Shown piece after piece: positions 25,972-36,861 of a stretch of 36,861 nt of DNA. Origin of the DNA: Myxococcota bacterium. GTDB taxonomy: Bacteria; Myxococcota_A; Polyangia; Polyangiales; Sandaracinaceae. Made by a program: the position numbers and the translations under genes. Position 1 is the stretch's first letter; the number at the start of each line of letters is the position of its first letter. The notes beneath the pieces were generated by a model. The model ran no database searches and was not told where the DNA came from. It saw only the letters and a list, made by a program, of their open reading frames with translations. Where the stretch lies: the NCBI GenBank assembly GCA_036149055.1, contig JAYZQJ010000050.1:1-36861 (forward strand). The letters are read 5' to 3'.

Positions 25972-26622
25972 TCACTTCTTCCCGAGGTGACTCAGGATTC
26001 GGCCGGTGATGTCCTCCACGCTGCCTTCCCCGTCCACCTTCGCGACCACGCCCTTGGGCTCGTAGTGCTCGAGGATGGGGAGCGTGTCGGACTGGTACGC
26101 TTCGTAGCGGGTACGGACCTTCTCTTCCGTGTCGTCCTTGCGCTGGACGATCTCCGTGCTCCCGCACTCGACGCACTCACCCGACGGAGGGGGCGGACTA
26201 TAGCGCATGTGGTACGCGTGTCCACAGCTCAGGCAGGTTCTTCTGCCGGTGATGCGCTCGACGATGGTCTCCTGGTCGACGTCCAGGGCGATCACGTGGT
26301 CGACCTTACGTCCCAGCTTGGCGAGGGTCGAGTCGAGCGCGTCGGCCTGGGCGACGGTGCGCGGGAAGCCATCGAAGATGGCGCCGTCGGCCGCGTCGCT
26401 CTGCTTGAGGCGGTTCTCGAAGAGCTCGAGCACCAGGGCGTCGGGGACGAGCTTGCCGTCCTTCATGTAGGAGTCGAACTTCTGGCCGAGCTCCGAGCCG
26501 CTGGCTCGCTCCGCGCGCATCATGTCGCCGGTCGAGATCTGGGGGATCCCGAGCTGCTCGACCAGGATCTTCGCCTGGGTGCCCTTGCCCGCGCCGGGCG
26601 GTCCGAAGAGGATCAGGTCCAC
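25972..26622 (-). CDS. adk: Adenylate kinase (zinc-LID type)
   Basis: GPPGAGKGTQ, ISTGDMMR, DGFPRT, LID CLSC..CVEC, RKDD. Confidence 0.97.
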   Translation of the reverse strand: MDLILFGPPGAGKGTQAKILVEQLGIPQISTGDMMRAERASGSELGQKFDSYMKDGKLVPDALVLELFENRLKQSDAADGAIFDGFPRTVAQADALDSTLAKLGRKVDHVIALDVDQETIVERITGRRTCLSCGHAYHMRYSPPPPSGECVECGSTEIVQRKDDTEEKVRTRYEAYQSDTLPILEHYEPKGVVAKVDGEGSVEDITGRILSHLGKK

Positions 26623-26626
26623 GCGA

Positions 26627-27940
26627 TCACCCCCGCCGCCCGCGGATCCGCGGACCCTTCGGGCCGGTGAGGCCCTCGTAGTGGCGCGTGATGAGGTGGG
26701 ACTCGATCTGGCTGACCGTGTCGAGCGCCACGCCGACGACGATCATGATCGAGGTGCCGCCGAAGTAGAACGGGACCGCGAAGTACACCCGGAGCACGTC
26801 CGGGACGGTGCAGACGGCGGCGACGTAGATGGCGCCGATGACCGTGATGCGGGTCACGACCCGATCGATGTAGTCGGCGGTCTGCTTGCCGGGGCGCACC
26901 CCGGGGATGAACGCGTTCTGCTTCTTGAGGTTGTCCGCGACCTCGACCGGCTGGAACGTGACCGCCGTGTAGAAGAAGCAGAAGAAGATGATCATCACGA
27001 CGTAGACGGTCGTGAACTGCCAGGTGCCGGGCGTCAGCATGTCGTTGACGTCGGCCATGCCCGGGATGTTGTAGTCCGCGAGGGTCTTCGGGAACATCAG
27101 GAGCGAGCTGGCGAAGATGGGCGGGATGACGCCGCTCATGTTCACCCGCAGCGGCAGGTGGCTGGTCTGCCCGCCGTAGAGCTTCCGGCCCACCATGCGC
27201 TTGGCGTAGTGGATCGGGAGCCGCCGCTGGCCGCGCTCGAAGAAGCAGATGATCGCGATGACCGCGAGCACGATGCCGCTGATCATCAGCAGCGTGACCG
27301 GCTCGATCTGCCCGATCTCCACCTGCTTGAACGTCTGGAAGGCCGCGTCGGGCAGCCCGGCGACGATGCCGGCGAAGATGATGAGCGAGATGCCGTTGCC
27401 GATGCCGCGCTCGGTGATCTGCTCGCCGAGCCACATGATGAACGCGGTGCCGGTCGTCAGCGAGATCACGGTCAGGAAGCGGAAGCCCCAGCCCGGATCG
27501 TGGACGACGTCGCCACCCGACATCTGCGAGTTGAGGCTCTCGAGCCAGATCGCGATGCTCATCGACTGGATGAGCGACAGGAGGATCGTGCCGTACCGGG
27601 TGTACTGGTTGATCTTGCGCTGCCCGGCCTCGCCCTCCTTCCGGAGCTCCTCGAGCCGCGGCACGACCACGGTCATGAGCTGGAGGATGATGCTCGCCGA
27701 GACGTAGGGCATGATGCCCAGGGCGAAGATCGACAGCTGTTCCAGGGCGCCGCCCGAGAACAGGTTGAACATCCCGAGGAACGTTCCGGACGACTGCTGG
27801 ACGTACTCCCGCATCACGTTGCGGTCGACGCCGGGCGTCGTGACGAAGATGCCGATCCGATAGACCGCGAGCATCCCCAGGGTGAAGAGGATGCGGCGGC
27901 GAAGCTCCGGGATCTTCGCGATGTTCGCAAAGGCGCTCAT
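26627..27940 (-). CDS. secY: Preprotein translocase SecY
   Basis: [63 protein letters not shown]. Confidence 0.98.
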   Translation of the reverse strand: MSAFANIAKIPELRRRILFTLGMLAVYRIGIFVTTPGVDRNVMREYVQQSSGTFLGMFNLFSGGALEQLSIFALGIMPYVSASIILQLMTVVVPRLEELRKEGEAGQRKINQYTRYGTILLSLIQSMSIAIWLESLNSQMSGGDVVHDPGWGFRFLTVISLTTGTAFIMWLGEQITERGIGNGISLIIFAGIVAGLPDAAFQTFKQVEIGQIEPVTLLMISGIVLAVIAIICFFERGQRRLPIHYAKRMVGRKLYGGQTSHLPLRVNMSGVIPPIFASSLLMFPKTLADYNIPGMADVNDMLTPGTWQFTTVYVVMIIFFCFFYTAVTFQPVEVADNLKKQNAFIPGVRPGKQTADYIDRVVTRITVIGAIYVAAVCTVPDVLRVYFAVPFYFGGTSIMIVVGVALDTVSQIESHLITRHYEGLTGPKGPRIRGRRG

Positions 27941-28021
27941 GCGGGGGTCCTAAAGAGGCTGATATTGAATGGGAAGCCGGAAAGGGCGGGACACCGCCGG
28001 GCTACACCCGGCGGCGGGAGC

Positions 28022-28531
28022 CTATTCGCTGGCCGTCCCCTCTTCAAAGCGACGCTGCTCGGCCTTCAGGACCACGCACTCGCCGCCGGCCTTCTCGATC
28101 TTCTCGCGCGCGCCCTTGCTGAAGCGATGCGCACAGACCTTGAGCTTCTTGTCGAGCTCGCCGTTGCCGAGGATCTTGGCCTCGTGGAAGAAGCCCTTGA
28201 TGAGCCCACGCTCCATCAGGTCCTCGACGTCCACCGTGGCGCCCTCGTCGAACTTCGCGAGATCGCGCACGTTCACCTCGGCCACGAGGGTCTCGAAGTG
28301 GTTGTGGAAGCCACGCTTCGGCAGCCGACGCGCGAGCGGCATCTGGCCGCCCTCGAAGTTCAGCTTGTGGATCCGGCCGGGCTGACGGGCCTTCTGGCCC
28401 TTCTGACCACGCCCGCCGGTCTTCCCGAGCCCGGAGCCGATGCCGCGGCCGACCCGCTTCTTCTTGTGGGTGGCCCCCTCCGGCGCGCGCAGGCGCGAGA
28501 GGATCGGTACTTCATTGGTTTCTTCAGCCAT
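28022..28531 (-). CDS. rplO: 50S ribosomal protein L15
   Basis: [46 protein letters not shown]. Confidence 0.97.
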   Translation of the reverse strand: MAEETNEVPILSRLRAPEGATHKKKRVGRGIGSGLGKTGGRGQKGQKARQPGRIHKLNFEGGQMPLARRLPKRGFHNHFETLVAEVNVRDLAKFDEGATVDVEDLMERGLIKGFFHEAKILGNGELDKKLKVCAHRFSKGAREKIEKAGGECVVLKAEQRRFEEGTASE

Positions 28532-28712
28532 CGGACTCCTCCACCGACACGAGGTGGATCACCTTCTTGATCATTCCGCGGAACGAGGGCGTGTTCTCGA
28601 CGACGACCTCGGTGTTCGGTCCACGCAGGCCGAGACCCTTCAGCGTCCGCCGCTGCGTCTCGGGTCGACCGATGCCGCTCCGAACCTGGATGACTTTGAG
28701 CTTGGGCTTCAT
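28524..28712 (-). CDS. rpmD: 50S ribosomal protein L30
   Basis: [28 protein letters not shown]. Confidence 0.96.
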   Translation of the reverse strand: MKPKLKVIQVRSGIGRPETQRRTLKGLGLRGPNTEVVVENTPSFRGMIKKVIHLVSVEESDG

Positions 28713-28738
28713 CGTCTCTTCCGTTCTCGTCTGCCGCT

Positions 28739-29248
28739 TCAGTGAGCGAACAGCTCCTCGACCGGCTTGCCCCGGCGAGCGGCCACCGCGTTGGCGTCCT
28801 CGAGCTGCATGAGCGCGTCCATCGTGGCGTGGACGACGTTGTGCGGGTTGGTCGTGCCGAGGATCTTGGTCAGCACGTCGCGGATGCCCGCCGCCTCGAC
28901 GACGGCGCGGACCGCGCCGCCGGCGATGACGCCCGTACCGGCGCCGGCCGGGCGGAGCAGGACCTTGCCCGCGCCGACGTGACCGTTCACCCGGTGGGGG
29001 ATGGTCCCGTTGACGAGGGGGATCTTGACCAGGTTCTTCTTGGCCCGCTCGTTGCCCTTGCGGATCGCGTCGGGCACCTCGTTGGCCTTGCCCAGGCCCA
29101 CGCCGACGTGACCGTTCTGGTCGCCGACGACGACGAGCGCGCTGAAGCTGAACCGACGACCGCCCTTGACCACCTTGGCGACGCGGTTGATGTGGATCAC
29201 CCGCTCCTGGAGGTCTTCGAGGGTGTTGGGATCGATGATGGGACGCAT
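28739..29248 (-). CDS. rpsE: 30S ribosomal protein S5
   Basis: [38 protein letters not shown]. Confidence 0.98.
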   Translation of the reverse strand: MRPIIDPNTLEDLQERVIHINRVAKVVKGGRRFSFSALVVVGDQNGHVGVGLGKANEVPDAIRKGNERAKKNLVKIPLVNGTIPHRVNGHVGAGKVLLRPAGAGTGVIAGGAVRAVVEAAGIRDVLTKILGTTNPHNVVHATMDALMQLEDANAVAARRGKPVEELFAH

Positions 29249-29261
29249 GGTGTCGATTTCC

Positions 29262-29624
29262 TCAGAAGCTCAGGCCGGCTTCGCGCGCGGCCTCGGCCAG
29301 CGCGCGGATGCGCCCGTGATAGATGAAGCCGTTGCGGTCGAAGACGACCTTCTCGATGCCCTTGTCCGCGCACGCCTTCGCGATCGCGGCGCCCACCTTC
29401 TTGGCGGCCTCGGTCTTGTTCACGCCGCCGACGTCGCCCTTGACGTCCTTCGACAGGGTCGAGGCGGTCGCCAGGGTCTTGCCGTCCACGTCGTCGATGA
29501 CCTGGGCGTAGATGTGCTTGGCCGTACGGAAGATGGAGAGGCGGGGCCGCTCCGGGGTTCCGTTGACCTTCTTGCGGATGCGCTTCTTGCGGCGAAGCCG
29601 GCTGTCGCTCTTCTTGATGGTCAT
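29262..29624 (-). CDS. rplR: 50S ribosomal protein L18
   Basis: [36 protein letters not shown]. Confidence 0.98.
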   Translation of the reverse strand: MTIKKSDSRLRRKKRIRKKVNGTPERPRLSIFRTAKHIYAQVIDDVDGKTLATASTLSKDVKGDVGGVNKTEAAKKVGAAIAKACADKGIEKVVFDRNGFIYHGRIRALAEAAREAGLSF

Positions 29625-29626
29625 GA

Positions 29627-30214
29627 TCAGGCTCCCGCCTTGCCGGCCTTCTCGCGAATGCGCTCGCCGGTGTAACGCACGCCCTTGCCCTTGTACGGCT
29701 CCGGCGGACGGTAGGAACGGATCTGGGCGGCCTGCTGCCCGAGCGCTTCCTTGTCGAAAGACTCGAGGTGCAGACGCGGGCGCTTGGTGCCGCCCTCGTC
29801 GATGGTCTCCACCTTCGCCTTCACGTTCGGGTGGAGGGTGTGCTCGACCTGGTGCGACAGCCCCAGGCTGAGGGTGAGGTCCTGGCCGCTCACGGTGGCG
29901 CGGTAACCGACGCCGTAGAGGTCGAGGGAGAGCTTGTAGCCCTCGCTGACGCCCTGGACCATGTTGCGCAGGAGCGCGCGGCTGAGGCCCTGGTACTGGG
30001 CGAAGCGCTTCGGGCTGGCGGCCGGGACGACCAGCAGACCCTCGTCGTTCTTCTCGACCTTCACCTCGTCGTGGAAGGTGCGCTCGAGCTCGCCCTTGGG
30101 ACCCTTCACCTTCACGGTGTTGCCGTCCTTGATGTCGACGGTCACGCCGCTCGGGAGAGCCACGGGCCGCTTGCCCACGCGGGAGACGCGGAGCTCTTCG
30201 GTCTGTTCGGCCAT
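29627..30214 (-). CDS. rplF: 50S ribosomal protein L6
   Basis: [37 protein letters not shown] 30214 overlaps the rpsH stop (TGATG). Confidence 0.97.
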   Translation of the reverse strand: MAEQTEELRVSRVGKRPVALPSGVTVDIKDGNTVKVKGPKGELERTFHDEVKVEKNDEGLLVVPAASPKRFAQYQGLSRALLRNMVQGVSEGYKLSLDLYGVGYRATVSGQDLTLSLGLSHQVEHTLHPNVKAKVETIDEGGTKRPRLHLESFDKEALGQQAAQIRSYRPPEPYKGKGVRYTGERIREKAGKAGA

Positions 30215-30606
30215 CACCAAACCTCGCAGAGGATCTCGCCGCCGACCTTGGTCTCGCGGGCGGTCTTGTCGGTCATCACGCCGTGGGAGGTCGACATGAT
30301 CGCGACGCCGAGGCCGTTGTGGACCTTCGGGATGTCACGGTAGCCGACGTACACCCGGCGACCCGGGCGGCTGTAGCGGCGCAGGCCGGCGATCGCGCTC
30401 TGGCGGTCACGGCCGTACTTGAGGAAGAGGACCAGCTTGCCGAAGCCGGACTCGTCGACCTTGTAGTCCGAGATGTAGCCCTCGGCCTTCAAGATCTCGG
30501 CGATGTTCACCTTGAGCTTGGAGAGGGGCGCCTCGGTGCGGTCCTGACGGGCGAGGATCGCGTTGCGAATCCGCGCGAGGAGGTCACTGATGGGATCGGT
30601 CATCAT
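30214..30606 (-). CDS. rpsH: 30S ribosomal protein S8
   Basis: [45 protein letters not shown]. Confidence 0.98.
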   Translation of the reverse strand: MMTDPISDLLARIRNAILARQDRTEAPLSKLKVNIAEILKAEGYISDYKVDESGFGKLVLFLKYGRDRQSAIAGLRRYSRPGRRVYVGYRDIPKVHNGLGVAIMSTSHGVMTDKTARETKVGGEILCEVW

Positions 30607-30618
30607 GGCTGAAATCTC

Positions 30619-30804
30619 CTACCAGCTCGACTTCGTGACGCCGGGCACGTCCCCCTGGAGGGCGTACTTGCGGAGGCAGATCCGGCAGAGCTCGAACTTA
30701 CGGTAGTAGCCCCGGGGGCGACCACAAACCTTGCAACGGTTGCGGTGACGCACCTTGAACTTGGGCTTCTTGTTCAACTTCGCGAACATGCGGGCGCTGG
30801 CCAT
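30619..30804 (-). CDS. rpsZ: 30S ribosomal protein S14 type Z
   Basis: 61 aa; [24 protein letters not shown]. Confidence 0.97.
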   Translation of the reverse strand: MASARMFAKLNKKPKFKVRHRNRCKVCGRPRGYYRKFELCRICLRKYALQGDVPGVTKSSW

Positions 30805-30817
30805 CGTCCTGTCCTCT

Positions 30818-31372
30818 TCACTTCCGGAACGGCATGCCCAGGCCCTTGAGGAGGGCGCGGCCGTGCTCGTCCGTCTCCGCCGTGGTCACGAACGTGATGT
30901 TCATGCCCTTGATCTTGTCGACCTGGTCGTAGTTGATCTCCGGGAAGATGATCTGCTCCCGGACACCGAGGGTGTAGTTGCCGCGGCCGTCGAAGGCCTT
31001 GGCGCTGACGCCGCGGAAGTCGCGGACGCGCGGGAGGCCGACCGAGATGAGGCGGTCCGCCAGCTCCCACATGCGCGCGCGGCGCAGGGTCACCATGCAG
31101 CCGATCGCTGCGTTCTCGCGGAGCTTGAAGCCGGCGATCGACTTCTTGGCCCGCGTGATCACCGGCTTCTGACCGGCGATGGCCGTCAGCTCCTCGACCG
31201 CGCTGTCCATCAGCTTCGCGTTCTGGACGGCCTCGCCGAGGCCCATGTTGATGACGACCTTCTGCAGGCGCGGCACCTGCATCACGTTGTCGAAGCCGAA
31301 CTCCTTCATCAGGGCCGGGACGACCTCGCTCTTGTACTTCTCGGCAAGCCGCGGTTTCTGGGAATCACTCAT
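30818..31372 (-). CDS. rplE: 50S ribosomal protein L5
   Basis: [48 protein letters not shown]. Confidence 0.98.
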   Translation of the reverse strand: MSDSQKPRLAEKYKSEVVPALMKEFGFDNVMQVPRLQKVVINMGLGEAVQNAKLMDSAVEELTAIAGQKPVITRAKKSIAGFKLRENAAIGCMVTLRRARMWELADRLISVGLPRVRDFRGVSAKAFDGRGNYTLGVREQIIFPEINYDQVDKIKGMNITFVTTAETDEHGRALLKGLGMPFRK

Positions 31373-31493
31373 CGTTCGATATCCTCACGAGCCACCAGCC
31401 CTGGCCCGATACGGCCCTCTTTACTCGTCTTCCCCGGCGCGTCGAGCGGGACGTGCCACCTGGGGGAGCGCGGAGGGCGCGTGAATGTGTCTG

Positions 31494-31811
31494 TCAGTCG
31501 AGGCTCTTGCCACCCTTGACGGTGACGCGGGTCTTCTGACCCTCGGCGTCCGTCTCGTAGCGGATCCGGGTGCGGGTCTCCGAGCTGTCGTCCCAGAGCA
31601 TCACGTTGCTGACGTGAACCGGGAGCTCCTTCTCGATGATGCCGCCCTCGGGGTTCTGGGGGGTCGGGCTCGTGTGACGCCGGACGACGTTGATGCCCTC
31701 GACGAGGACACGCTGACCGTCCTTCATGACCTTGAGCACGCGCCCCTGGGCGCCCTTGTCGCGGCCGGCGATGACGACGACCTTGTCGTCCTTCTTGAGA
31801 CGCTGGGCCAT
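31494..31811 (-). CDS. rplX: 50S ribosomal protein L24
   Basis: KOW motif DKVVVIAGRDKG, VEGIN, GGIIEKE.PVHVSNV; ATG 31811 overlaps the rplN stop. Confidence 0.97.
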   Translation of the reverse strand: MAQRLKKDDKVVVIAGRDKGAQGRVLKVMKDGQRVLVEGINVVRRHTSPTPQNPEGGIIEKELPVHVSNVMLWDDSSETRTRIRYETDAEGQKTRVTVKGGKSLD

Positions 31812-32179
31812 CACACCACCTCCGGCGCGAGCGAGACGATCTTCATGAAGCGCTTGACGCGCAGCTCACGGGCCACCGGTCCGAAGATGCGGGTGCCGAT
31901 CGGCTCGAGGTTCTGGTTGAGGATGACGGCGCTGTTCGTGTCGAACTTGATGTAGCTGCCATCCTCGCGCTGGTACTCGCGCTTGGTCCGGACCACGACC
32001 GCCTTGGCGACGTCGCCCTTCTTCACACGCGCGGTGGGGAGCGCCTCCTTGATGGAGACGACCACGATGTCACCGAGGCCCGCGTACCGGCGGCGGCTGC
32101 CGCCGAGCACCTTGATGACCGCTACCCGCTTGGCGCCGCTGTTGTCGGCGACGTCCATCTCGGTCTCGACCTGAATCAT
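31811..32179 (-). CDS. rplN: 50S ribosomal protein L14
   Basis: [32 protein letters not shown]. Confidence 0.98.
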   Translation of the reverse strand: MIQVETEMDVADNSGAKRVAVIKVLGGSRRRYAGLGDIVVVSIKEALPTARVKKGDVAKAVVVRTKREYQREDGSYIKFDTNSAVILNQNLEPIGTRIFGPVARELRVKRFMKIVSLAPEVV

Positions 32180-32183
32180 GGCG

Positions 32184-32486
32184 CTACACCTCCACCGGGC
32201 GCTCGATCAGGCGGATCGCTTCCCACCGCTTGGTGGCGGAGCGGGGGCGACACGCGCGGATCTCGACCAGGTCGTTGGTCCTGTACTCTTCCTTCTCGTC
32301 ATGCGCGTGGAACTTCTTACGCTGCTTGACGTACTTCCCGTAGACCGGGTCGCGGAACCGGCGGGTCACCTCGACGACGATCGTCTTCTTCGCGCGACCC
32401 TCGTTCTTGGTGTCGCTGACGACGCGTCCGACGAGGCGCCGGCGCGCGCCGCGGGTCTTCTCTTTCTTCGGAGTAGGCTCACCCAT
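32184..32486 (-). CDS. rpsQ: 30S ribosomal protein S17
   Basis: GRVVSD, KTIVV, PVYGK, AHDE, RP.SATKRW. Confidence 0.96.
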   Translation of the reverse strand: MGEPTPKKEKTRGARRRLVGRVVSDTKNEGRAKKTIVVEVTRRFRDPVYGKYVKQRKKFHAHDEKEEYRTNDLVEIRACRPRSATKRWEAIRLIERPVEV

Positions 32487-32496
32487 CGTCGTACCC

Positions 32497-32687
32497 TCAG
32501 CTCTGCTTCGCGCGCTCGGTCATGATCGTCTTGACCCGAGCGATGTCCCGACGGAGGCGGCGGATCTTCGCCGAGTCGTCGAGCTGGTTGGTGAAGTTGT
32601 CGATCTTGGTCTTCCAGAGCTCGCGCGTAAGCTCGCGCTCCTTCTCCAGAAGCTCGCCGTCGGCGAGATCTCTCAGCTCGGAGGCCT

Positions 32688-32691
<4 letters not shown>
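32497..32691 (-). CDS. rpmC: 50S ribosomal protein L29
   Basis: [29 protein letters not shown] overlap with rplP. Confidence 0.95.
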
Positions 32692-33104
<413 letters not shown>

Positions 33105-33115
33105 GGCCTAACTCC

Positions 33116-33766
<651 letters not shown>

Positions 33767-33770
33767 GTTC

Positions 33771-34121
33771 TCAAGCCTCTCCGCGCTCGCCGAGGACGAC
33801 GGTGATGTGACTCATTCCCTTGACGATGCGCGTGGCGCGGCCCATCGCGCGGGGCCGCCAGCGCCGCATGAAGCGGTCGGGTGCTTTGTCGGCCCAGCAC
33901 TCCTTGATGACGAGCTCGTCGAGGTCGACGGCGTCGTCCTTCTGCTGGGCGTTGGCGATCGCGCTGTCGATCAGCTTCGCGACGATCGGCGCGGCCGCCT
34001 TGCGGGTGAACTTCAGCGCGTCGAGCGCTTCGGCGACGTTCTGCCCACGGACCATGTTGAGGACGGTCCGGGCCTTCCGCACCGAGATGCGCTGGAACCT
34101 GGCTTTGGCGATGGCTTCCAT
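33771..34121 (-). CDS. rplV: 50S ribosomal protein L22
   Basis: [28 protein letters not shown]. Confidence 0.97.
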   Translation of the reverse strand: MEAIAKARFQRISVRKARTVLNMVRGQNVAEALDALKFTRKAAAPIVAKLIDSAIANAQQKDDAVDLDELVIKECWADKAPDRFMRRWRPRAMGRATRIVKGMSHITVVLGERGEA

Positions 34122-34216
34122 CTTCGTTTCTTCCCGTTCAGCCTCGAGGGAGGCCCCGGCCGCGGAAAGGCGCGCGGTCTAGCACGCGCCTGTCCCTCGG
34201 TCGAGCGACTCTTTCC

Positions 34217-34495
34217 TCAGCGCTTCTTGGCCTTCCGGTCCGCCGCGTGTCCACCGAAGGTACGGGTGGGCGCGAACTCGCCGAGCTTGTGACCGACCAT
34301 GTTCTCGGTGACGAACACGGTCACGAACTTCCGGCCGTTGTGGACGTTGAACGTCAGGCCCACGAACTCCGGGGTGATGGTGGATCGACGCGACCAGGTC
34401 TTGATGACGCGGCGGTCGCCGGCCTTGGTGGCCGCCTCCACGTGCTTCAGCAGGTGGTCGTCGACGAAGGGACCCTTCTTGATTGAACGTGCCAT
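34217..34495 (-). CDS. rpsS: 30S ribosomal protein S19
   Basis: [32 protein letters not shown]. Confidence 0.98.
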   Translation of the reverse strand: MARSIKKGPFVDDHLLKHVEAATKAGDRRVIKTWSRRSTITPEFVGLTFNVHNGRKFVTVFVTENMVGHKLGEFAPTRTFGGHAADRKAKKR

Positions 34496-34507
34496 GGGTC
34501 TTCCTGA

Positions 34508-35338
34508 CTACTTCTTGCCGCGCTTGCGGACGATGAACTTGCTGGTGAACTTGTTCTTGCGGGTCTTCAGGCCCTTGGCGAGCTGGCCCCACGGAGAGCA
34601 GGGGTGCCGGCCGCCCGAGGTGCGACCCTCACCACCACCCATCGGGTGATCGACGGGGTTCATGGTCACGCCGCGGTTGTGCGGGCGGCGACCGAGCCAG
34701 CGGGTGCGGCCGGCCTTGCCGTGCGTGATCCGCGCGTGCTGCGAGTTGGAGACCTGCCCGATGGTGGCGCGGCAGTTCAGGTGGACCATCCGGACCTCGC
34801 CCGAGGGGAGGCGGACCTGGGCGTAGTCGCCGTCCTTCGCCATGAGCTGCGCGGCGGTGCCGGCGGCCCGGACGAGCTGGGCGCCCTTGCCGATCTTGAG
34901 CTCGATGGCGTGGATCAGCGTGCCGGTCGGGATGTAGCGGAGCGGCATCGCGTTGCCAGGCTGGATGTCCGCGTTGCGCGAGCTGACCACGCTGTCGCCG
35001 GCCTTGAGGCCGTCGGGGGCGAGGATGTAGCTCTTCACGCCGTCGGCGTACTTCAGGAGCGCGATGCGCGCCGAGCGGTTCGGGTCGTACTGGATGGAGT
35101 CGACCTTGGCCGGCACGCCGACCTTGTTCCGCTTGAAGTCGATGACGCGGTAGCGACGCTTGTGCCCGCCGCCCCGGAACCGGACCGTGATCCGGCCGAG
35201 GTTGTTGCGGCCGGCCTTCGAGTGCTTGGCCTGGGTCAGCGCACGCTCGGGCTTCTTGCCCTTGGTGAGGTCGCTGAAGTCCGCGGACTCGTAGGAGCGG
35301 CGACCGGGAGAGGTCGGCTTGAACTTCTTGATCGGCAT
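34508..35338 (-). CDS. rplB: 50S ribosomal protein L2
   Basis: [44 protein letters not shown]. Confidence 0.98.
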   Translation of the reverse strand: MPIKKFKPTSPGRRSYESADFSDLTKGKKPERALTQAKHSKAGRNNLGRITVRFRGGGHKRRYRVIDFKRNKVGVPAKVDSIQYDPNRSARIALLKYADGVKSYILAPDGLKAGDSVVSSRNADIQPGNAMPLRYIPTGTLIHAIELKIGKGAQLVRAAGTAAQLMAKDGDYAQVRLPSGEVRMVHLNCRATIGQVSNSQHARITHGKAGRTRWLGRRPHNRGVTMNPVDHPMGGGEGRTSGGRHPCSPWGQLAKGLKTRKNKFTSKFIVRKRGKK

Positions 35339-35339
35339 C

Positions 35340-35630
35340 TCAGGCCTCCTCGAAGAAGTCGATCGTCTCGCCCTCGGCGACCTCGACGATGGCCTTCTTC
35401 CAGTTGCGGGTCTTGGCGAAGGTCCGACCCAGGCGGCGGATGCGGCCGCGCACGATCAGGGTGTTCACCTTGGTGACCGACACGTCGAAGAGCTCCTCGA
35501 CGGCGGCGCGGATCTGCTGCTTGTTGGCGCGGTGATCCACCTCGAAGAGGTACTTGTTCTCCTCCTCGCGGAGGAGCTGGCCCTTCTCGGTCAGGATCAG
35601 CGGGCGCCTGATGATCTGTTCGGCGTTCAT
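35340..35630 (-). CDS. rplW: 50S ribosomal protein L23
   Basis: [33 protein letters not shown]. Confidence 0.97.
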   Translation of the reverse strand: MNAEQIIRRPLILTEKGQLLREEENKYLFEVDHRANKQQIRAAVEELFDVSVTKVNTLIVRGRIRRLGRTFAKTRNWKKAIVEVAEGETIDFFEEA

Positions 35631-35640
35631 CGTGGCCTCT

Positions 35641-36264
35641 TCACTTGCAGCGGGCGGTCAGCGCCTCGACCGCGTCCTTGGTGAGGATGAGATGCTCGTG
35701 GCGGAGCAGGTCGTAGACGTTGACACCCTCCGGCGGCAGGTACTGGTGCTTCGCGAGGTTCCGCGCGCTGAGGCGCAGGTTCTCGTTGCCCGACCCGTCG
35801 ACGATGAGCGAGCTCTTCGGCACCTCGAGGGTGCTGAGCACGCCCGCGAGCGCCTTCGTCTTGATGTCCTCGAGGTCGAACTTGTCGACCACCAGGAGAC
35901 GGCCCTCCTTGAGCTTCAGCGCGAGGGCGCTCTTGAGCGCGCCCTTCCGCATCTTCTTCGGGGGCTTGTACGAGTAGTCACGCGGCTTGGGACCGAACGC
36001 GCGGCCACCCCCACGGAACTGCGTCGCCTTCTCGTCACCGTGGCGCGCGCGCCCGGTGCCCTTCTGGCGATACATCTTCTTGCTCGTGCCGCGGATCTCC
36101 GCGCGGTTCTTCACCTTGTGGGTGCCCGCGCGGCGCGACGCCAGCTGCGCCTTCACGACCTCGTAGAAGAGCGCCTCGTTCACCTCACCGCCGAACACGT
36201 CGTCGGCGAGGTCGAGCTCTCCCACGCTCTCGCGCTTCAAGTTGTAGACCGGAACCTTGGCCAT
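35641..36264 (-). CDS. rplD: 50S ribosomal protein L4
   Basis: [45 protein letters not shown]. Confidence 0.98.
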   Translation of the reverse strand: MAKVPVYNLKRESVGELDLADDVFGGEVNEALFYEVVKAQLASRRAGTHKVKNRAEIRGTSKKMYRQKGTGRARHGDEKATQFRGGGRAFGPKPRDYSYKPPKKMRKGALKSALALKLKEGRLLVVDKFDLEDIKTKALAGVLSTLEVPKSSLIVDGSGNENLRLSARNLAKHQYLPPEGVNVYDLLRHEHLILTKDAVEALTARCK

Positions 36265-36301
36265 CTCGCTACTCCCCCGAGCATGAGCCCGGGCTGGAAA
36301 T

Positions 36302-36607
36302 TCAGGACTTGATCTCGACCTCGACGCCCGCCGACAGGTCGAGCTTCATCAGCGCCTCGAGGGTCTGCTGGTTGGGCTCGAGGATGTCGAGGAGGCGCTT
36401 GTGAGTCCGGATCTCGAACTGCTCGCGGCTCTTCTTGTCCACGTGCGGTCCACGCAGGACGGTGAACTTGCTGATCCGCGTCGGCAGGGGGATGGGTCCC
36501 GCCACGCGGGCCCCCGTGCGCTTCGCGGTCTCGACGATCTCCGAGGCCGACTGATCGAGCAGTCGGTGGTCGTACGCCTTGAGACGGATCCGGATCTTGG
36601 TGGCCAT
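36302..36607 (-). CDS. rpsJ: 30S ribosomal protein S10
   Basis: [36 protein letters not shown]. Confidence 0.98.
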   Translation of the reverse strand: MATKIRIRLKAYDHRLLDQSASEIVETAKRTGARVAGPIPLPTRISKFTVLRGPHVDKKSREQFEIRTHKRLLDILEPNQQTLEALMKLDLSAGVEVEIKS

Positions 36608-36619
36608 GTGTGTTGCCTC

Positions 36620-36861
36620 TTACTCGATGATCTTGGTGATGACGCCGGCGCCGACCGTACGGCCGCCCTCGCGGATGGCGAAGCGCTGCTTCTCTTCCAT
36701 CGCGACCGGCGTGATCAGCTCGACCTTCATCTGCACGTTGTCGCCCGGCATGACCATCTTCACGTCGTCGGGCAGCTTGATGGAGCCCGTCACGTCGGTG
36801 GTCCGCATGTAGAACTGGGGACGGTAGCCGTCGAAGAACGGCTTGTGGCGGCCGCCCTCCT
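36620..36861 (-). CDS. tuf: Elongation factor Tu, C-terminal part (5' portion outside the window)
   Basis: [25 protein letters not shown]...MVMPGDN...[13 protein letters not shown]. Confidence 0.97.
   Translation of the reverse strand, partial: EGGRHKPFFDGYRPQFYMRTTDVTGSIKLPDDVKMVMPGDNVQMKVELITPVAMEEKQRFAIREGGRTVGAGVITKIIE

Overview
High-GC bacterial chromosomal segment. Gene content (eukaryote-like Ser/Thr kinases, FG-GAP and PPC lipoproteins, DUF1844, rpmE-DUF1385-prfA) suggests a myxobacterium, possibly Polyangiales/Sandaracinaceae-like; this taxonomy is inference. The right 14 kb (22.5-36.9 kb, minus strand) is the tuf-S10-spc-alpha ribosomal protein supercluster, ending in rplQ and a terminator. 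It departs from the usual layout: rplC is absent between rpsJ and rplD, map is absent, the gene at the infA position is a strongly diverged IF-1 rich in rare codons, and L17 carries insertions. The left 22 kb holds egtD, an FG-GAP lipoprotein, an OsmC/hydrolase fusion, an App1 phosphatase, a ClpB-like protein with a degenerate first ATPase module, an uncalled 53-aa ORF, mpl, suhB, a histone-like/phasin-like protein behind a multi-palindrome operator, two kinases, prfA, rpmE and acyP. I found no rRNA, tRNA, CRISPR array, transposase or integrase. All calls come from reading motifs by eye; no database searches were run.
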